A DNA stretch of 32,000 nt, from positions 36,466 through 68,465 of the forward strand of contig JBKHJW010000013.1 of assembly GCA_046537905.1 (NCBI GenBank). Reading direction: 5' to 3'. This stretch comes from Ralstonia sp. GTDB taxonomy: Bacteria > Pseudomonadota > Gammaproteobacteria > Burkholderiales > Burkholderiaceae. Below the pieces are notes generated by a model. It was given only the letters and a program-made list of their open reading frames with translations. It was not told the DNA's origin and did no database searches. Below, one piece after another: positions 17,161 through 23,559 of the stretch. The translations under genes were made by a program, and so were the position numbers. The stretch's first letter is position 1; each line of letters opens with the position of its first letter.

Positions 17161-17230
17161 CGCAGGCTCACCGAGAGAAAGACGCCGGGACTCAGAATCT
17201 AGCGGCCCGGTAACTTTGAAAGGCAAAACC

Positions 17231-17527
17231 ATGGAACAGCTTTCCTTCACCCTGATCGGCGGCCTCTGCACCATGCCTCTGTGGTTTGCACTGCCGCGCC
17301 GTCGCACCATCAAGCGCGGCAAGCTTCCGTTCCGCCCGTGGCAGCAACTCACGCTACGCCTGCCGATCCGCCGCCTCATCCGCGCCGCCTCGCACTTCAT
17401 CTGGACTCGCCCCGATGGCAAGCAATTCGTCTGCCGCACGTTCCGCGCTCTAGTTGCCCGCGTGATGGACTACGACGGGCATCTAATGCAAGGCCTGCTG
17501 CGATCAACAGCACTACGAAAGCGCTAA
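17231..17527 (+). CDS. Small basic hypothetical protein (98 aa), prophage accessory gene on opposite strand
   Basis: The ATG at 17231 is preceded by AAAGG. Third-position G/C bias is strong across the frame. The protein is Arg-rich (MEQLSFTLIGGLCTMPLWFALPRRRTIKRGK...). The first 29 codons of the tracked ORF (from 17144) fall inside the hairpin arm and were dropped. Confidence 0.45.
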   Translation: MEQLSFTLIGGLCTMPLWFALPRRRTIKRGKLPFRPWQQLTLRLPIRRLIRAASHFIWTRPDGKQFVCRTFRALVARVMDYDGHLMQGLLRSTALRKR

Positions 17528-18702
17528 TTACGCGCGATGGACTGCACCGGCTTCGGATGACGAATCAACCCGTCACCACCATAACCGGACCACTCCGCAG
17601 CACCATCACGCACAACCGCCGCTGCTGGCACCGGCTCACGCGACGAATCGACTCCAGACGCTAGAACTTGATCGCGCGCCGCATCCGCAGACGCCACCGG
17701 CGCGACTTCCTGATACGGATCGAACGGCCGATTCGCAAGCCACTGACGCGACTGCATTTGATCGAGGCCCGAATCGGTGCCCTGTTGCGTATACGCACGG
17801 CACCTATCGCCCATGCACACCGCGCCAACAACACGCGGCATCGCCTTGACCTCTCTCAGCGCGCTATATGCAGGAGCACTCTCAGGATGACCCGGCACCA
17901 CTGGAAAAAAGGCCGCAAGCTGCTCCGCTGGATCAGCAGAGCGAACACCGGTAGCAGCAGAAGAAGCCACAGGAGCGCTGGCCGCGCCCGGCGCGCCAGC
18001 CTTTGCAGAAACGTCAGCATCGGGATGCACCTTCTTTTCGACCTGGTGATAGACGCGCCAGATCGCCAGCACCGCAAGCATGATCGCGCCAATCATCACA
18101 ACCATCGCAGGCGGGATGCTGTACTTGCGCTTGATATGCAGGCTGGCGGACTTGTACAGCCCGAATGACGATTTCGGCAGCGACCACTTCTTTTTGATCG
18201 GCGCGGACTTGAAGGCCTCGGGATTGCCGACCTCTGGCCATTCGTACCACCAGCGCCCGAGCAAACCGACATCGCGCAAGTGAACATGCTGACCCACCAG
18301 CTTGCGAATGTGCGAATCGAGAAAGCCCGGTGACTGCGTGATCAGCAGAAACGTGACACCCGTATGCCGCACCGTCTCAAACGCGGCGACGTGATTCGGC
18401 ACGTTGCTAGCCGCCGACCGCACACGAAAGATGCGCTGCGCCTCATCGATGACGATGAGCGACTTCTCAGGAAACGTGAAGTAGGGCAGCGAACGCTGAT
18501 CGGGGTCCTCAGGATCGACACGCATCTCCGTCCATTCCGCAACCGGCGGAAGCGGGATATAGGGCAAACGCAACTCCGGAATGCCCTGCATGAACAGCGG
18601 TCGGCCTTGCTTCACCGCCTCAGCCATCATCTGTACCGCCAACGCGGTCTTGCCACCGCCAGGCGTAGCGGTAATCAGCGTGATAGGTTGCGTCGCACTC
18701 AT
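17524..18702 (-). CDS. Zot-like / pI-like filamentous phage assembly ATPase (392 aa)
   Basis: Walker A (TATPGGGKTA) and Walker B (SLIVIDEAQ) motifs are present, with a central TM segment (AMVVMIGAIMLAVLAIW) as in the Zot/pI family. Its ATG overlaps the stop of the upstream gene (ATGA). Confidence 0.85.
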   Translation of the reverse strand: MSATQPITLITATPGGGKTALAVQMMAEAVKQGRPLFMQGIPELRLPYIPLPPVAEWTEMRVDPEDPDQRSLPYFTFPEKSLIVIDEAQRIFRVRSAASNVPNHVAAFETVRHTGVTFLLITQSPGFLDSHIRKLVGQHVHLRDVGLLGRWWYEWPEVGNPEAFKSAPIKKKWSLPKSSFGLYKSASLHIKRKYSIPPAMVVMIGAIMLAVLAIWRVYHQVEKKVHPDADVSAKAGAPGAASAPVASSAATGVRSADPAEQLAAFFPVVPGHPESAPAYSALREVKAMPRVVGAVCMGDRCRAYTQQGTDSGLDQMQSRQWLANRPFDPYQEVAPVASADAARDQVLASGVDSSREPVPAAAVVRDGAAEWSGYGGDGLIRHPKPVQSIARN

Positions 18703-18974
18703 CCCGTGACCCTCCCGAACCGCTTCAACGTCATCAGCGAAATGCGCGCGACGATACCGCCCGCAATCACGCTCAGCGCCGTGAAAAATCCCGAGATCGC
18801 CAACACCGAAGCAACCGAGCCAGTCAGCCCACCGAGCGAGCCCTTAGCGGCGGAAAACGCGGCACCGACCGCCGCATCGAGCCCGACAAACGTAACCAAC
18901 CCGATACCGATAGAGACCAGCAACTGGCGGGCAAGCGGCCCAATCAGGGCCATCAGAAAAGCAGCAATCGGCAT
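18699..18974 (-). CDS. pVI-like minor coat / DUF2523-like membrane protein (91 aa)
   Basis: This is a small, very hydrophobic protein (MPIAAFLMALIGPLARQLLVSIGIGLVTFVGL...) directly upstream of the Zot-like gene, as in many inoviruses. ATG 18974 overlaps the pIII-like stop codon (TGATG). Confidence 0.65.
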   Translation of the reverse strand: MPIAAFLMALIGPLARQLLVSIGIGLVTFVGLDAAVGAAFSAAKGSLGGLTGSVASVLAISGFFTALSVIAGGIVARISLMTLKRFGRVTG

Positions 18975-20236
18975 CACTCACCCCCGCCTTGCTTTGCGCC
19001 GACCACGATGAACGCAGCCGCCAGCCACCCCATAGCGATCACCAAGGGGCGAATCATCGAACCGAAGCTACACACCGGCGCCCAACTGATCGCGAAGCTA
19101 CGGCCCATCACCGTAAACGGAACATCAGCTGGACAGGACGCGTTATCCGGCCCCCAACCACCATCAGGCGTAATCGCAACATTGATCTGCTGTTCCTTCA
19201 GGTCGGGCGCATCGGGAATCTGCCCCTCCTCGGCACAGCCCATGCGCGTTTCGTGCCCTGTACACGGGTCGTCCTGCTTCTCAGGGGCCGTATTGACCAC
19301 CACCCCGCTCGCGTTGGTCTGCGTGGCGGTATTGCCGTTGGCATCGACCTCCTGTTTAACCACGTTGAGCGTCGCCGTCTTGCCATCTGCATTAGGCGTG
19401 ACGACAGCCACATCGCGATAGCGCTTCCCCGTGATAGGGTCCACATATGGGTCACTCAAGTTGATCGTGATCGGCGTAGGAGAGGGCGCTAACGTGACAG
19501 GCAACGGCACCTTCGCCGCCGACAGATCAGTCGCCACCTGGTCGGGCATCGGATAGATCAACGCCTTGTTCCAATTGGCGTCATTCGCGGCCTGCGTCGC
19601 GGGTGCATTAGGGTTAGGCCCGCACGTACCCGTACCAGAGGAATACACGTAGCCAGCCACACAGCCACCCTGAAACACCGTCACCGTATAGGTGCCGTAT
19701 TGAGGCGCGGCTGGATTCTTCACCGAGACATACACACAGCCACCACCAGAACACGGGCCAACGATACCAACGAACGTATAGCCCGCCGAGGTCACAGCAG
19801 CACCGGGACTATCTCCAACCCCATTCCCGTTGTCGACCAAGTACTGAAAACCGTCAAAGCCCGGATCACTCGCATGCGGACTGGTAGCAGGAGCACACCA
19901 CCCACCAGGCTGCAAGCACTGCTGAATCCCAGCCTGCAACAGGTATTGCAGGATGGCGCTGGTCGCAAGGCCAACGGGATTCAAGCGGATCGCCGCCAGC
20001 CCAACGCTCGCCGCAGTCGAACCGAGCCGCGCAGTCGCCGGAATCTTCGCAACAACACCAGCGACGCGAGCCTCCATCTCCACAGCTGCCGCCCCACCGT
20101 TGATCGTGGTCGCACCAACCGTAGCCCAACCGCCCGAAACCGTGCCGATCGGCGGCACCGGGTAGACCGGAATCGTCGAAGCAAACGCGCTATTAAACGT
20201 CACCACTAACGCAAATACAGCGAGCATCAACCGCAT
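18974..20236 (-). CDS. pIII-like adsorption / minor coat protein (420 aa)
   Basis: An N-terminal signal peptide (MRLMLAVFALVVTFNSAFA) and a C-terminal membrane anchor (PLVIAMGWLAAAFIVVGA) are present. Gly/Pro/Thr-rich linkers and the position between the coat and pVI-like genes support the call. ATG 20236 overlaps the upstream stop (TGATG). Confidence 0.65.
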   Translation of the reverse strand: MRLMLAVFALVVTFNSAFASTIPVYPVPPIGTVSGGWATVGATTINGGAAAVEMEARVAGVVAKIPATARLGSTAASVGLAAIRLNPVGLATSAILQYLLQAGIQQCLQPGGWCAPATSPHASDPGFDGFQYLVDNGNGVGDSPGAAVTSAGYTFVGIVGPCSGGGCVYVSVKNPAAPQYGTYTVTVFQGGCVAGYVYSSGTGTCGPNPNAPATQAANDANWNKALIYPMPDQVATDLSAAKVPLPVTLAPSPTPITINLSDPYVDPITGKRYRDVAVVTPNADGKTATLNVVKQEVDANGNTATQTNASGVVVNTAPEKQDDPCTGHETRMGCAEEGQIPDAPDLKEQQINVAITPDGGWGPDNASCPADVPFTVMGRSFAISWAPVCSFGSMIRPLVIAMGWLAAAFIVVGAKQGGGE

Positions 20237-20328
20237 CACTCACCCCCACCGCTCGAGAAAAAAATAACGGCGGCCGGAAGGACCACCGCCAAGAACCCTG
20301 CCCAGGTCCAGAAATCAGTTGCGAGCAT
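20236..20328 (-). CDS. 30-aa hydrophobic peptide (pVII/pIX-like minor coat candidate), absent from the ORF track
   Basis: My translation of the minus strand is MLATDFWTWAGFLAVVLPAAVIFFSSGGGE. Its ATG overlaps the stop of the 110-aa ORF (TGATG), and its stop overlaps the pIII-like ATG (TGATG). Confidence 0.5.
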   Translation of the reverse strand: MLATDFWTWAGFLAVVLPAAVIFFSSGGGE

Positions 20329-20660
20329 CACAGCCCCCTACGCAACGCCACCACCGCCCACGCGGCCACCATCGCCGCCACAACGCCCCAGCCAACGGTC
20401 ATGCCGTCCGTGAACTGCGCAGTCGTGTCGCACACCGGGAACGACAGCGAAGGCGCGGCAGCATCCGCCAACTGCGTCACAGCGCCGTCTTGCGCGATAA
20501 CAGAACGACGAACGACCCACGCACCGGAGGACTGCACAAACTCCGATACGTAGGTCGTCTGTCCCACGCTTTGACCGATCGGGGCCGCGCTATACACCGC
20601 GTCCGTCGCTTCCGCGTTGGAGGAGAAGCAACGAGCGCCAACCAGCGCCCCCGAGGCCAT
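20328..20660 (-). CDS. Hypothetical phage structural-module protein with C-terminal TM anchor (110 aa)
   Basis: This ORF has a C-terminal hydrophobic segment (GWGVVAAMVAAWAVVAL) followed by RRGL. Its ATG overlaps the major-coat stop (TAATG). Confidence 0.5.
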   Translation of the reverse strand: MASGALVGARCFSSNAEATDAVYSAAPIGQSVGQTTYVSEFVQSSGAWVVRRSVIAQDGAVTQLADAAAPSLSFPVCDTTAQFTDGMTVGWGVVAAMVAAWAVVALRRGL

Positions 20661-20845
20661 TACAGCGCCTTGCGCAACATCTTGAACGCGAAGATGCCGA
20701 CGATCACCACGAGCACCGCAGCGCCCACGGTTGCGGCATCCGTACCAGCGCCGGTCAGGGCCGTGGTAACGGACGGATCGACGGCAGCATTCGCGGCAAC
20801 AGCACCGCCCAGCGAAGCCAGACCAACAGCGATTTTCTTGAGCAT
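20660..20845 (-). CDS. Major coat protein (g8p-like, 61-aa precursor)
   Basis: ATG 20845 follows GGAGG. A signal peptide MLKKIAVGLASLGGAVAANA is present. The mature ~41-aa peptide has an acidic N-terminus (AVDPS..), a hydrophobic core (AAVLVVIVGIFAF) and a basic C-terminus (KMLRKAL), the classic inovirus g8p layout. Confidence 0.8.
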   Translation of the reverse strand: MLKKIAVGLASLGGAVAANAAVDPSVTTALTGAGTDAATVGAAVLVVIVGIFAFKMLRKAL

Positions 20846-20909
20846 GGTTTCCTCCATATCGAGAGGTTGAGAAAAGCCGCCGCGTTGCTCACCGCGACGA
20901 CCAGGGAAC

Positions 20910-21050
20910 TTAGAGACGAAGCCAATCGGCAAGAGCACGCAGGCGTCGCGAACGCTTGGCGGCGGTCATATACGGGCCAGCGAAGCGCTTGCGATCCAAA
21001 CGGCGCGCTGCCCAACGGCAGCCGATGTAGGAGAGAAAGGGGAGCAGCAT
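20910..21050 (-). CDS. Small hypothetical phage protein (46 aa)
   Basis: MLLPFLSYIGCRWAARRLDRKRFAGPYMTAAKRSRRLRALADWLRL. Its ATG overlaps the stop of the upstream 60-aa ORF (TGATG). The call rests only on coupling and position. Confidence 0.35.
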   Translation of the reverse strand: MLLPFLSYIGCRWAARRLDRKRFAGPYMTAAKRSRRLRALADWLRL

Positions 21051-21232
21051 CACGACCTCCGAATACGCTTGATGCCCACTGCGTTGCAGTGAAGAACGCG
21101 AAGGCGCTGCGCCGCAGGCTTGTTCCAACACGCTTCGATCGAAGCGACCAGCGCAAGCACCACGCGACGAATCTGCGCACCGTGCCGATGGCCAGCACCG
21201 CCGAAAAGGTCAAGCTGCCTGTGATCGCGCAT
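21050..21232 (-). CDS. Small hypothetical phage protein (60 aa)
   Basis: A tracked ORF (MRDHRQLDLFGGAGHRHGAQIRRVVLALVASIEACWNK...) located between the g5p-like and coat genes. It competes with an overlapping 160-aa ORF in another frame, which I consider less likely. Confidence 0.35.
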   Translation of the reverse strand: MRDHRQLDLFGGAGHRHGAQIRRVVLALVASIEACWNKPAAQRLRVLHCNAVGIKRIRRS

Positions 21233-21277
21233 CGCATCCCCCGTTAACTGAAAAAGCCCGCCGCAGCGGACTCTCGA

Positions 21278-21616
21278 TTACAGCGCAGCAGCCTGCGCCT
21301 TCGGTGCGTTCGCGGGCGGACGAACCTGCTGCTCAACGGGAACCAGATCGACCACGCGCAACGTCAACTTGCCTTCGAACTGACCAAGGCCAATCGTCGC
21401 TTCGAACTTACCCGGGCGAACCTTGCCGTTCAGATGCTTCGGCAGCATCACCATGCCGGGCATCGTCTCGCTCATGACCTGACCATCAGATGTCGTGTAC
21501 TCAGTGGTCGTCATGCACGCGCACTCTTCCATGTGGTACGGCTGCCCGTTCTTCTTCGATGTGCCTTCACGGACGGTGATGGCGTGGATGTCGACAACAA
21601 CGCGGTTCTTCTGCAT
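21278..21616 (-). CDS. g5p-like ssDNA-binding protein candidate (112 aa)
   Basis: This is the first gene of the minus-strand structural operon. Its size is typical, its beta-rich sequence includes VVVDIHAITVREGTSKKNGQPY, and it has a Pro/Ala-rich tail. The assignment is mainly by position and size. Confidence 0.5.
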   Translation of the reverse strand: MQKNRVVVDIHAITVREGTSKKNGQPYHMEECACMTTTEYTTSDGQVMSETMPGMVMLPKHLNGKVRPGKFEATIGLGQFEGKLTLRVVDLVPVEQQVRPPANAPKAQAAAL

Positions 21617-21693
21617 GGCACTGCTCCTATCAATTTGCCGGTCCTTGCGGATGCCGGGATGGTGTAGAGTTCAGCTACATGACAACTTGCCAA

Positions 21694-21742
21694 CATGGCG
21701 ATATGTCATGTGAAAGATAGTATGCATGGCGATATGTCATGT
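21694..21742. promoter_or_regulatory. Two copies of an 18-bp operator-like site CATGGCGATATGTCATGT, 31 bp apart, in the divergent phage regulatory region
   Basis: The copies are at 21694-21711 and 21725-21742. In the first copy the preceding A completes ACATG...CATGT half-site symmetry, while the second copy is preceded by G. A related half-site ACATGA lies at about 21677. They lie between the g5p-like gene (minus) and the Cro-like gene (plus). Confidence 0.55.
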
Positions 21743-21765
21743 CAAGGCAATCACTAAGGCCGACC

Positions 21766-22170
21766 ATGAAAACATCGATTGATTTCTTCAATGAATTTGT
21801 TGAAGCCAATAAGCCGGCTGGCCAGAAGCGCATCCAAGAGCTATGCGACGTTGACCAGACGACCGTAAGCCACTGGAAGAAGCGAGGCGGAATGACGCCG
21901 GCCGCAACGGTCAAGGTTGGAATGGCCCTCGGGTACCCGAGCGACCTATGCTACCGAATCGCCGCCATCGAAGCAGAGCGCAGTGAGACGGGTCGCAAGT
22001 TCCTTACGACGATGGCGCACGCCGCAGCATCCATCGCAACGATGGCAGTACTCGGTACCGTGGGATTGGTGGTCTCAGGCATCGGCAACAATGCTCAAGC
22101 CCAAGTGGCGCGCCCGGCTGGGATCGAACCAGCAACCCCTGCCTTCGGAGGGCAGTACTCTATCCATTGA
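21766..22170 (+). CDS. Cro/YdaS-like HTH regulator with hydrophobic C-terminal tail (134 aa in the integrated state)
   Basis: The HTH region QKRIQELCDVDQTTVSHWKKRGGMTPAATVKVGMALG resembles the Cro/YdaS pattern (..vsqW.krg.iP). The tail IATMAVLGTVGLVVSGIG is hydrophobic. The last ~21 codons are encoded by the att repeat and tRNA sequence. The ATG at 21739 lies inside operator copy 2, so I prefer ATG 21766. Confidence 0.6.
   Translation: MKTSIDFFNEFVEANKPAGQKRIQELCDVDQTTVSHWKKRGGMTPAATVKVGMALGYPSDLCYRIAAIEAERSETGRKFLTTMAHAAASIATMAVLGTVGLVVSGIGNNAQAQVARPAGIEPATPAFGGQYSIH
22105..22161. repeat. attR: 57-bp att core within the intact tRNA-Arg gene
   Basis: Identical to 13919-13975. It covers tRNA positions 21-76 plus 1 nt beyond the CCA end. 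Confidence 0.9.
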
Positions 22171-22181
22171 GCTACGGGCGC
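22106..22181 (-). tRNA. tRNA-Arg (anticodon CCG), 76 nt with encoded CCA
   Basis: The minus strand folds by hand as follows: acceptor GCGCCCG/CGGGCGC, D arm GCTC-AATGGATA-GAGT, anticodon arm CTGCC-CTCCGAA-GGCAG (anticodon CCG). The variable loop is GGGTT, the T arm is GCTGG-TTCGATC-CCAGC, the discriminator is G, and CCA follows. Confidence 0.95.
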
Positions 22182-22525
22182 ACGTCGGCACAGGACGTGC
22201 CGAAAAGAAGTCGCATAGGATAGCGTGTTTGCCCGCAACCGTCCATCGCGTCCCAAGACAGCGGCCGTTCTGACATGCTTTTGACCTGCGTCGAAAAGTG
22301 ACGCTACGGGCAGACCCGCGTGTCAAACGGCAGGGCATTACGGCTATAATCGCCCGTCATTTGTCAAGAAAATACGGGGACAGGTCTGTTCGGGCCCATG
22401 TGGCGGCATCGCACGGTCATCCTGCCCTCGTTGCGGCCCCCACGCACTGCCGGCGATGCTCGTGATTGCAGCCGGTGGCGCTCAGGCGGCCGCCCTGAGC
22501 GATTCCACCCTCCTGAGAGTTGAGC

Positions 22526-23401
22526 ATGAGCGACGCGCAACACGACGAACACGAGCCCCTGATCAAGACCCCCAAGCAGCTGATCATCGCGGTGGTCGCT
22601 GCCTTTGCCTTTGCCGTTCCCATTCTCATCATCATCCTGCTGGCCAACTATGTCGGGCTGGGCGTCAAGGAAGGCGCGGGTAGCTCCGGCATGTCGGAAG
22701 AGGCCGTCAACGATCGCATCAAGCCGGTCGCGCATCTCGAACTGAAGGACGCGAATGCGCCGCGCGTCTTCAAGACCGGCGAGCAGCTCTACAAGGAAGT
22801 TTGCGCGACCTGCCACGCCGCCGGCATTGCCGGTGCGCCCAAGTTTGGCGATGCCGCCAGCTGGGGCCCGCGTCTGCCGCAGGGGCTGGATGGCCTGACC
22901 AAGGTGGCACTGGCCGGCAAGGGCGGCATGCCCGCACGCGGCGGCACCTCGCCCGACGACGTAAGCGACTACGAACTCGAACGCGCCATCGTCTACATGG
23001 CCAACTCGGGCGGCGCCAAGTTCCAGGAACCGGCTGCGCCGGCGGGTGGTGCGGCCGCCCCGGCGGCATCGGCAACGGAAGCCGCAGCGCCGGCCGCTCC
23101 GGCAGCGGCCGCACCTGCCGCCGCTGCTCCGGCCGCAGCCGCCGCGCCGCAGGCCTCCACCGGCGACGTCGGCAAGAAGGTCTACGACTCGACCTGCCAG
23201 ATGTGCCATGGCGCCGGTGTGGCCGGCGCGCCCAAGTTTGGCGACAAGGCTGCCTGGGCCCCGCGCATCGCAACCGGCAAGACTGCGCTGTACAACAGCG
23301 CGCTGCACGGCAAGAACGCCATGCCGCCCAAGGGCACCTATGCCGGCTCCGACGACGACGTGAAGGCCGCTGTCGACTACATGGCCGCTGCCGCCAAGTA
23401 A
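22526..23401 (+). CDS. Membrane-anchored dihaem c-type cytochrome (cytochrome c5-like domains joined by an Ala/Pro linker, 291 aa)
   Basis: An N-terminal TM anchor (LIIAVVAAFAFAVPILIIILLA) is present. Two haem-binding motifs, CATCH and CQMCH, are each followed by AG.AGAPKFGD and a distal Met (GGMPARG / NAMPPKG). The linker is PAAPAGGAAAPAASATEAAAPAAPAAAAPAAAAPAAAAAP. A TTG at 22520 is an alternative start. Confidence 0.85.
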   Translation: MSDAQHDEHEPLIKTPKQLIIAVVAAFAFAVPILIIILLANYVGLGVKEGAGSSGMSEEAVNDRIKPVAHLELKDANAPRVFKTGEQLYKEVCATCHAAGIAGAPKFGDAASWGPRLPQGLDGLTKVALAGKGGMPARGGTSPDDVSDYELERAIVYMANSGGAKFQEPAAPAGGAAAPAASATEAAAPAAPAAAAPAAAAPAAAAAPQASTGDVGKKVYDSTCQMCHGAGVAGAPKFGDKAAWAPRIATGKTALYNSALHGKNAMPPKGTYAGSDDDVKAAVDYMAAAAK

Positions 23402-23420
23402 GTCGTCTTCGCCTCCCAGG

Positions 23421-23447
23421 AAAGCCCGCCGTGTGCGGGCTTTTTTG
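23421..23447 (+). terminator. Rho-independent terminator of the cytochrome c gene
   Basis: AAAGCCCGC-CGTGT-GCGGGCTTT followed by TTTG, 20 nt after the stop codon. Confidence 0.85.
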
Positions 23448-23559
23448 TTGCTGGCGCTCGCGCGCGACGACGGTGCGGTACGTGGCTTGCTATGCCATGG
23501 ATGAGGTGCGACGCGCGGCGCAGCCGCCGCGCGCCAGATGACGCAAACGGAGGTTGCCC

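Larger units (their letters stand above)
13919..22161. mobile_element. Integrated filamentous (Inoviridae-like) prophage with tyrosine integrase, inserted in tRNA-Arg(CCG)
   Basis: A perfect 57-bp direct repeat bounds the element at 13919-13975 and 22105-22161. The interior encodes an integrase, a rolling-circle Rep, a Zot/pI-like ATPase, pVI-like, pIII-like and g8p-like coat proteins, a g5p-size protein and a Cro-like HTH regulator. The region is visibly more A/T-rich than the flanks, though this was not computed. Confidence 0.85.

Noticed and set aside
16696-17439. A 247-aa minus-strand ORF (and 16640-17005 on the plus strand) in the phage intergenic region
   Set aside because: Both span the large inverted repeat. 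The shared peptide VVTVPLSSSS on the two strands is a palindrome artefact, and the composition is Arg/Ser-rich without motifs. The region is better explained as structured non-coding origin/packaging DNA.
20755-21237. A 160-aa minus-strand ORF overlapping the major coat gene and the two small ORFs
   Set aside because: It would overlap the g8p-like gene out of frame and has an odd Ser/Leu/Arg/Trp-rich sequence. The stop/start-coupled 60-aa and 46-aa ORFs fit the operon architecture better, though they are themselves low confidence.
21245-21277. Possible terminator or attenuator downstream of the g5p-like gene
   Set aside because: Only a 4-bp stem (CCGC/GCGG) precedes the T-run on the minus strand, which is too weak to call.
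22321-22350. Perfect TATAAT box (22345-22350) as the promoter for the cytochrome c gene, and a TTGACA on the opposite strand as the tRNA promoter
   Set aside because: The plus-strand -35 region is poor (GTCAAA at 17 nt). On the minus strand the spacing from TTGACA to any -10-like hexamer is only 11-13 nt. This is too weak to call without transcription start data.
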